NCBI GenBank assembly: GCA_964036045.1
Contig: OZ038379.1
Span: forward strand, 22,134,001-22,198,000
DNA: 64,000 bases
Source of the DNA: Eutreptiella sp. 'Long Island Sound 2002'
Lineage: Eukaryota; Protista; Euglenida
Direction of reading: 5' to 3'
In this document: positions 55,201 through 64,000 of the stretch, piece by piece
How the letters are laid out: each line of letters opens with the position of its first letter
Numbering within the stretch: position 1 is the first letter of the stretch
Notes under the pieces: model-generated
Seen by the model: only the letters and a program-made list of their open reading frames with translations
What the model was told of the DNA's origin: nothing
Databases searched by the model: none
Made by a program: the position numbers and the translations under genes

Positions 55201-58200
55201 TGTTGCTGCTAAACCTGGTAGGTCCACCCTAGACACTAAAAAGGGTTATAAAACCAAGACTGGTTCCACCAGCTCGGTGACCCTAGCCCTAGCTCTAACC
55301 CTACGCTAGGGCCAGAGTTATTGTTGGGGTCCAAAAGAGAGAGCAATGATGTGGCAAAAGCAGCCATGAACAAATTTTTGGGGGTCTTGTTCAGCCGAAT
55401 CAATATGGCTGGCATGGCCGAACCAGCTCGCTGCAAAGGTGAGGGAAAGGTTTAGGGTGATGGTATGGTTAGAAGGAGGGCAAGGGGAGACAAGGGGAGC
55501 CTGTGGTGGACCAACGCTTGGCCTTGGGCATGTACCCCCCAAATTGCCCACCTGGACCCCCCCCCAACCAACCAACCCTCTTGGACTCCCCCCCCCGCAG
55601 CAAAAGCCACCCCTGACCCCCCCCCCCCATTGCCCCTCTCAGACCCCCCCCCCCCCCCCCTCGAGGGGGCCTTTGGCCAAAGGTTAGTTGGGGGCGATAG
55701 TTGGCGTCCAGAACCGAGGAGTCGGCCCCCCGTGATTTATGCGACTTACCGCAAAAAAAAAAAAAGTTGCGAGCATTCCCCCCCCCCAAAAAAATGCACG
55801 ACTTGACAGTTTTTTTGTGCACGAGTTACATTTTTCATTCAATTCATTCAATTGTGAGCCAGGATGTTTTGAAGGCTCTGAAAAGGTTTATGAAGAACAG
55901 ATACACAGTTCAATAGCAGCATCTGCTTTTGACCAATGCTTTCTTTTTGTACACATAGGGCGGTCAAATAATTTTTTGCACTGCCAACCGCTATTTGCTA
56001 TTTGCCCATGTAGGTGTGAAATGTCTAATACCAATGCTAATTTTTGGGGCTTTGGTGTGTATGATGTAGCTGAATCCTGAGAAATCCCTTGATAAGAAGC
56101 ACAGCAAACAAGAGCGCATGAAGAGAATGTTGGATGACATGAATACCCTTCCACTGGCCTGGAGAAACACTCCTCCACTGTACATACACTGTGCAAATTA
56201 GTTTTGAGTGGTCACCTTTGGTTAGCACATTAGTTTTGATTGATTTGTGCTCTGAATTGAATGCACAAAGGAGAAAGAAAGGGATGGGAAGAGTCTGTGA
56301 GTCTGTGAGGGTGAGTGCGAGGCATTCGCTGAATCCAAATTGTATTGTATATGTTTCATTCACTTCACCTGAATTCATTTCCTATTTTCTGGCCCATCTA
56401 GGCAACAAGGGCCACAGATGGGACCATCCGTTGCATCCACACCCATGCAATTTCCATGGTCTGGAGCATAGCACATGGCACATTGCACATGCTTCTTCCC
56501 TTGCAAAGGACACTACACAAAAATCTTGTGCGAACACTTGTAGCATATGCTCTCAGATGGCATTTGCCGATGTTCGTACTAAGGCCACTGCATCTTCTTG
56601 AAGGGCAGGGGACTGTTGAGAGATTCTGAGAAATGGAGGCATTTGCGGAATTGGGAGGTGCAGCCCCTACTGGCATCCCATGCTCTTGGCCATTTTCATG
56701 CGAGCTTTTCAAGAACAGCTTTGTCAAGGGCTGCTCCTCATAATCCCACTCAGATGCATGTGGTGACATCATGATATCACCACAAAAAAATGGGCGTCTT
56801 CGGTTGGAGAATTAAAATTGCTACCTATACCCTGGTGGGGACTGGTTTGTTTCACTGGCCATCAAAACATGATTAGCCTGTATTTATTTTTGGCAAAGGA
56901 ACACATTTTTTTTGTCAGAGAAATGGGCTAAACCCCCCTGCCCCTTAACTTGACTGGGTAAACTGGGTATCTGCATACAAAAAATGGATTATTAACCTGG
57001 TTTTAAGCAAAGCCCCTGTCGTTATCTTGTGTCCTTGGGACACAAGATATGGGACCATTTGTGATTGTGAGCTCTACCAGTCTTGTGTTGGCAACTCATT
57101 TCCTTGGATGCCTAGATGCCCCTGCATGTCTTCCCCATGTGCATAGGTTCTTCTGTCATTTTAGCCGGGATTTAATTCTGCAATGAAACGAAAGTTAGTT
57201 AAATTCCAGTGGTTAGTATTGCAGGTGGAAGCACTGGCTTGTCCAAGCATGGTGACCCTGTTTGACTGTCGTGTTCCTGTTTTTTGTAACAGCAGTTTTT
57301 GTGGTGAGAAATGTGACGCGGTTTTGCTCTGAATCTAGATGGAAAAGGGGGCTGGATCATGGATCATGCCTGTGGTAGTTCCTGGTGCTCATACCTGCAT
57401 TCTGCTTCCAACTGCAACCTATGGCTGTTTGTTTGGATGTGATTTGCAGCCATGGCTGAAGTTGCTGTCGTCGGGATGGCTGTTACGCACATCTGGTTGA
57501 CCGGCTAACATGTGCCCACCACAATTTTTGGTTCTTCTACTTGTGGAGATGGTTTCTTTCATGTGAAGTACATGCGGAATGGGCATCAGATTGAGCATCA
57601 TGCTCCTTTGGACTGTGTCCTCTTCCCAACCCAATCCAATTGTGGTTAGGGTGAGGTATGGGCAGGTTTTTGCAACAAACATTCTTTTAGTATCGCACGT
57701 CTTGTGCAAGTGCAGCCTCATCCAAGCACGGGGACCCCATCTGACCGTTGTTTCCCTGACCTCAAGCGTGCTTGCGCAAGGGGGAGTGGGGTATGAATGC
57801 TATGGACCAGACAGGCATCACCTGCTTGAAGCCTGTGGCTATGGTTGCAGCAGCGCCTGTGCCTACAAGCGCTCTGATTTGTTCATCGTGACATTTGCGG
57901 ATTTATGGACATGTGCAGGGCCGGAATAAAAAAAAAACAATCCTATAGACATGAATGCCATTTTTACCTCTTTGTCTTCTTGCGGTGGCCATGGCTGGAC
58001 CTCGGTATCAATTCATTCCACTGGGTATGTTTTCCCATGCAAGTGTGTGACCAGGCTCATGAGGTCAAAAATTTTTAACCGAAAGGTGTCCAATCGGAGT
58101 GCAAAAGCCAATCAAACACCCCTCCGAAATATTCTTCGAGAAAATGTGTGGGCAAACTAATGACATCAACATTGGACACACCAGGACAATGTGCAGTCCA

Positions 58201-58512
58201 AGGAGGCATGGCAGAGCATACCAACTACCATTCACAGCCCAAATACACAAGATCAGGTGACTGCACCAATCAGTCAATCTCACCGAAATACATGAGCCAT
58301 GCCCTCAACACAATTTGTTGAGAATTAAATAATTTTGGGTGGGGAAACCCAACATGCCTTGAACAAGAAAGTATCTCAACGAAGTCATTGGTTCGCTGAA
58401 GTGCCCTGCCTTCCTTAGCTGTCTAGCTAGTGCCGTTAAGGTGGCGATTTCTTAGAGTCCCCGTTGTAGCCTTCCTTGAGCTCCTTCGACCTTTAGTTTC
58501 GTGTCTTTTCTC

Positions 58513-61060
58513 ATGGAGGCAACACCAAGTGACATTGCGCCGACAACAACCACTGTAACAGCGGAAACCATAGAAACACCATCAGCAGCACCAAGTGATG
58601 ATGCAAGTGCTGCCCCTTGCACATCTACCCCCAAAACGGCCGCCACTTCCGCCACCTCTCCTGAAGAACCCGTCCCTAGTTCCGTGAAGCCCTTGCGGTG
58701 CTACATTTGGGGCTCTGTGGACTGGGAGCAGTATTGGGATCGTGAAAGCAAGGTCACACTACAATTCCCCACGCCTTTCACGGCATTGAACGACATGAAC
58801 CTCTCCATCAAACAAGTGGCTGCCGGCGCCAAGCACACATTGATAGTAGCCAACGACGGGAAGGTTTGGGGCTTCGGCAACAATGCAAAGGGGCAGCTGG
58901 GTCTAGAGCTGCCTTGGACCTTCACCCCGGTGCCAATTGCGGCGGGGAAGGGGCATTTCGTGCAAGCTTCTTGTGGGACTTGGCATTCGCTATTACTGAC
59001 GCAGGAGGGCAAGGTCTGGTCCTTCGGCAGCAACGTCTTCGGACAGCTCGGCCACACCCCCAAGACCAAGTTGGACAGCAAGTCGCCAACGCGCGTGGGA
59101 GGCGAGATCGAGTTCTTGAAGATTGTCCAAATTGCCGCCGGCGGTGAGACTTCCTATGCGTTGTCCGACGAGGGGCACGTGTACGCTTGGGGATCTGTGC
59201 AGTATGGGGCCCTGGGGACGGGTACCAATGGCCAGCGGTTGGAGAAGGCGGGGAAAATGATTTTCGACGACGAGGAGAAGCCTGTAAAGATACAGTGGTT
59301 TGTGGAGCACAAGATTCGGGTGAAGAAGATCGCCGCCGGCACGAGGCACCTCCTTGTGCTCAGCGATGACAAGAAGCTCTACACTTGCGGGCACGGCGCC
59401 TACGGCCGCCTCGGGCAAGGGAACGACGCCCACGACAAGGTGTCGCCGGTTCCCATCACGTGGTACACCCGCAAAGAGATCGACATCCAGGACATCTTCT
59501 GCGGCAGTGAGCACTCCCTGTGCACCGCGCTGATGGGGCAGCACCTTTTCGTGTACTTTTGGGGGCGCCCAGGGAACGACAATGACGGCGTCATGACGCC
59601 CACATCGGTGGACAGCCTCTGTGGGCAGGGCATCTCAGGCATCAGTGCGGGCAAGGGCATCACGATGGTGTGCACAGACGCCGGCGAGGCAGCCATCTGG
59701 GGGGAGAATTCCCTTTGCAGTGGCTTGGGCATCATGGGGACACAGCAGAAGAACAAACGAGTGGAGCCCAAGGTGCTCGAGCTCATGTCGGACAAGCACG
59801 TGCAGGAGGTGCACAGCGGGTTCTGGCATATGATGGCGTTTGTGGATCCCGCACGCTCCACAGGCGAGGATATGCTCAAGGTGCCCCAGCAGGGCCGTGA
59901 GTTCAAGGCGGGTGGCCTCCAGTTCGCAGCCAAGGCGCGATGGGAGGATGTTGTCGAGCTGTTTCAGGTTGGATCGATCTTCTCTGCCCCTGTGTGCATC
60001 TGGGTCTGTCTATGGCGTCAGTGCGTCATCGCCGGTCGGGGCTCCAGGTCCCCGTGGATGGTGTGTTGCGTGCCCCAGCGTGACTGCTGGGAGCGCACCC
60101 GGGGGAGCGCGCACCAGCGGTGGGTGCGTAGATTGCAGCCGCACACACATCAAACTGAGAAATGCACTCGGGTGGTGGCTCATCGATGGCCTGGTGGATG
60201 CCATTTCGAGCCCCCAAATGGGACCGTTATCACTGACCCCCAAAAGTACTTCATACCTGTTTGATGACAGATGAGACGCCAGGCAGGTCACGAAAGATTT
60301 GGGGCCAGGGAAAATCTCCTGATCCGTGGATGTGAAAATGCAAGCAATGCTTCGCGCTTTGTGCATTGGCGTGGGGCTATTTCAAGGTGAAAAAATTCCC
60401 CGCCGTTGGGGTCTGTATCGCCACCCTCCACACAGTGAGCAGGGGTTCAACCACCAAAGGCTCTGAAAACAGATCAAGGTTCCTTTCCGACAATTTACCA
60501 CAGTCGATCTTGTTTCGTCTCTTTTTGTTTTTTTTTTTGCTTGACTCTTCCATAGGAAGTGGGGGTTAGAGAAGGATACACCAAGAGGGTACGTCCCGTC
60601 CGATATTTGTCCTGCTCGGCCGCGGTGGTTTCTTGTGAACGGTGGGTGGACTGAGACAGGACCCATGTTTGTCTTTGTTTTGTGTCATCTGTATCTCTCT
60701 CATCTCCCGCAATCAATTTGGTGTCTGCCATTGCCTCTGCTCTAGGCCCGGTGCAAAGAACCTCCAGGTGCAGCAAAGCACCCGTCACCAGCTGAGCCTC
60801 CGGCTGCAAAAAAGGCGAAGACCACGGCCGCCAAGGGAAGCGTAGCCAAGAACCCCAAAGGGCCTCTGAAGGTTGGAACCAAGTTGAAGGCATGGTTTGA
60901 AGATGTCTGGGTTCCCGGCACTGTGCAGTCCAAGAGCAGAGGAAAGAACAAGTACATGGTGGCATGGGATAGGGAGGGCTGGAAGCCAGAGGAGGTGGAG
61001 CTCAACCCGGATGACCACACGGTGGATGCGAGCAATCCGGACCGCTGGCAGCTGGTGTAA
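58513..61060 (+). CDS. RCC1-repeat beta-propeller protein, RCC2/TD-60-like, with C-terminal Tudor-like domain; 589 aa
   Basis: Exon 1 58513-59967 (485 codons, CAG|GTTGGA) and exon 2 60746-61060 (CTCTAG|GCC..TAA). RCC1 repeats (VAAGAKHTL..WGFGNNAKGQLG; GSVQYGALG; GHGAYGRLG). IWGSVDW and YGALGTGTNGQRLEKAGKMIFD resemble RCC2-type segments as I recall them. Exon 2 encodes PAAKKAKT, then LKVGTKLKAWFEDVWVPGTV..KYMVAWDREG..EEVEL. Confidence 0.85.
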
Positions 61061-64000
61061 AGCCGCCGTGTCTAAAAGCGTCGGTTTTGCGCAACAACCG
61101 TGAAATATTTTATTACCGCGACTGGTTGGGCAGGGCGCTTGATAATCACGGAGCAGGCCATTCTGGCAGAGGCAAGAGCCCTCGCGCCAGAAATAGGTGT
61201 GCCTGAAATCGACGATGGATCCGTACCCCTGCAGCAATAATTGCGACTTGACGTTTCCTTAGAAATGTCAGTACAGCAAAATTTGAAAGATAAGGTCACA
61301 GTACTAACCCCCCAAAAACAGGTGCATGAGCAGCTGCAAGCAGACGTATTGTGGCTTGCATTTGCCTGGATACTCTGAGCACCTATCAATTTAGTTCATC
61401 TCCCACAGGGGATGAATAATAGGTGTGCGCCATTTACTTGGGCCCAGTTGTGGACATACTTCCAAACTGGGAACAGATGATCAGATTCAGAGATGCAGTT
61501 GTCACCGCATTTCGATGGTTTGATGGTTTGTATTTTGCAGCTGCCTCTAGGATTAGTACACTGATACAAGCGATGTGCTTCTGCAGATTGTACAATGTAT
61601 CATAATCACGAGTATATGGCCATGTACCGTATGGAACGCTGTTTCGCTGCACACCACGACAGATGTTGTTTAACCAGCACATATTGCTACGTACGTCACA
61701 GCTGCATATTCTGTCAGTTTACACTGCAACACACTGGGACATGATGGACGTGCCGAGTCAATCAACCTGACTGGCAGCTGCAGGCTTAGAGAATTCATTG
61801 GTATTGGTACACTGGTTGTCACGCGGTCAAAGAGTATTTGAGGCTGTGAGTGGCAATACAGCCGTTCTGGTGCAAGCTGATCCCAGTGTGTAATTCGCCT
61901 GTAAACAGTGATGATGATGCACCACCACAGATGATTACCGTCAGTTTCCAATCACAGATTGCAGTGAAGCCAGCCTTCCAGCTTCACGTGCCGTTCCTTA
62001 TTGAGTGTTGGGTGAGTACAACTAGACATGCATCTACTGCAACTAGTTATCCGCATGCATGTCTCCTACTGGGTTTACAATTGGAGATTTTGTGCGTGCC
62101 ACCCATGCACATGTCTGTGCTCTAAAGTTTTTATTACAGAGTGTAGTTTGTACGCTTTCAGGAGTGCTGCACACTCCGTGAAATTGAAACAGTCAATTTT
62201 GTTTAGAATCTGTGATCATCCCATGACGGTATTTCATGGCCAGAGCTATTGCCTGTGAGGCATGCGAGCATGTACTGGGTTGGAGTCTCCTCTTTTCAAC
62301 CTTGAATCTCATAAAGGTGGCAATGTATCAATGATGATCAATCCCTTTCACAGCCAAAGCAGGGGCCTTTAATGCATTTGCTCACATTCCAACTGCTTAA
62401 GGATGTTTGGTTTCGTCCATAATGTGCCCTGCCCACAGATTCGTTTCTTGACGCATGCTCAGTAGAATTTGATTGAGCGACCCTGTGGGGCGTGCTTCGC
62501 ATAACGATGGGCTTCCATGTTATGGTTGTTCCTGTGTCCTTGCACCTTGTACTGCCTTGCCATTGTGTCGAACTTAGGCTAGCGCAAACGTGAACACCTA
62601 AAACAGACAGACACCAGCAATTTTTTGCAGTTTTTTTTTTTGCCTGCTTGCCCCCCCCCCCCCCCCCCACCCAAGCCAGACACATCAGATGTTTTCTCTG
62701 GCTGCCATCGCCATTTTGTGGCTGTTGGATAAACTTCCAGCCCAATCCCAATTCAAGCGCCATGAGTGCAAAGGAGGGATGACGCTGGCCACGTCCATTG
62801 CACTTCACAGCCCCCCTGCCCCCCCTCCGCGGCCGTGCAGGTACTCCGGAGGCCCAGCGGCCGAGTGCATGAATTGTCCCCATGAATTGCAGGTTAAGGT
62901 GCTCTCTATACTCCTGATCAGCCCTCCCCCGTCCCCTGAAATTGCCCCTAGAATCCAAACCAGGATCCCCCCCGGCCTGGTCTGGGAGGGCGTTTGGATC
63001 CCCAAATTCGGAAACCCCCAAGATACAAGTTGAACCACCGCCCACCCCCCTACCCCCTACTTCTCTAAATGGCAGGGCAGTGCACAGATCCAATCACCAG
63101 GAAGACTCAAAATACTGCGATAGCCACAACCGCTTCAAATCAAGCGAGCAGAAACCCACTGGACAGGTGGATTTACTTCGTTTTTTGTCTGACGCTGAAT
63201 TTGGGATCATCTGTTTGAAGAGTTGGGAGACCCCCCCCCCTCAAACTGCAAAACCAGTTGAGTGCAGAATGGATTGCCACGGTCATACACATACATCATC
63301 AGAGAGTTGCGACCGAAAAGGGAAATTCAAGAGAATGGACGATATTCAAAGAAGAAGGCAGATCCTAGGGAGACCTGATCACACATCTTTCCATGCTCTC
63401 ATCTGCTCACGCAGCTGTTCTGCAAACCGTTCAGGTGGACTTGACCAGGTATAAGGTTTTGCCGTTGGATACTTTTGAAAGGGCTCAGCTCCTCTTTCTC
63501 CTCTCAGTAGTCTTATTTCTGAAATGGGCCTATCTTTGTGGCCAGCAACCAAATGCTATGCCATATAGATATGCAGGCCTGAGATTTTGTCACCACGGCA
63601 AGGGGCGAAAAGCCTCAGTGACCCCATCTCTCAACGGGGTGTGGGGTTACACCAAATATACTGGACCCTTCGATGTTGGTACATATCTTTTAATCAGGCC
63701 AAAGTGTGGAACCCACAGAGTCCCATATGCGTGGTGGCACGCACACAGGCGGCAAAGCACATGACATGTGGCCCCCATGATTGTAATTGCATACATCATA
63801 GGCCCTCAAACATCGTGTCCCGCAAGGGTACAACCCCATGCCTTGCTTAAATACGGGGCTGAACTAGACAAGAGGCTCATCTTCAATAATCAAGCCATGG
63901 TCGGTGGTCAAACTTAGCCTCATAGAGAATGCTCAAATTGAGACGTAACGGATCAAAGCGATGTCCACGCCCAAACTCGCCCTCTCTACATGCGGTGGAT

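Noticed and set aside
59968-60264. ORF-track extension of the RCC1-repeat protein (and its GTG start at 58501)
   Set aside because: Read-through into the intron after CAG|GT; composition shifts to intron-like GT-rich sequence, and ATG 58513 is the likelier start.
62338-63454. ORFs of 114-251 aa near the window end
   Set aside because: No recognisable domain, homopolymer-driven composition and no convincing splice chain.

Overview
Intron-rich nuclear DNA of a eukaryote, probably flagellated because it carries a DNAAF1/ODA7-like gene; the lineage cannot be fixed from sequence alone. Three protein genes can be reconstructed by hand using only GT-AG introns: a DNAAF1-like LRR gene (minus, 25518->5153, about 14 exons), eIF2B-epsilon (plus, 34463-49923, 17 exons, 732 aa) and an RCC2/TD-60-like gene with a C-terminal Tudor-like domain (plus, 58513-61060, 2 exons). 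Between the two divergent genes lies an intact U2 snRNA gene (minus, 31867->31676). U2 plus about 2.9 kb of downstream DNA is duplicated in inverted orientation, near-identically, inside eIF2B-epsilon intron 4. The duplicate U2 (37005-37173) lacks the 23-nt linker containing the Sm site. Both U2 copies share a 14-bp motif at about -52 to -66 in otherwise diverged upstream DNA. The left arm alone carries a 2.2-kb non-autonomous LTR element (TG..CA LTRs, 5-bp TSD, PPT) with a Tf1-style self-priming signature instead of a tRNA primer site; its LTRs are more diverged than the duplication that preserves its empty site. Other content: a 5'-truncated RNase H-bearing retroelement remnant, a foldback element, two TIR elements, degenerate copies of the DNAAF1 5' end, and many microsatellites and G/C runs. 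All coordinates, counts and alignments were done by eye.
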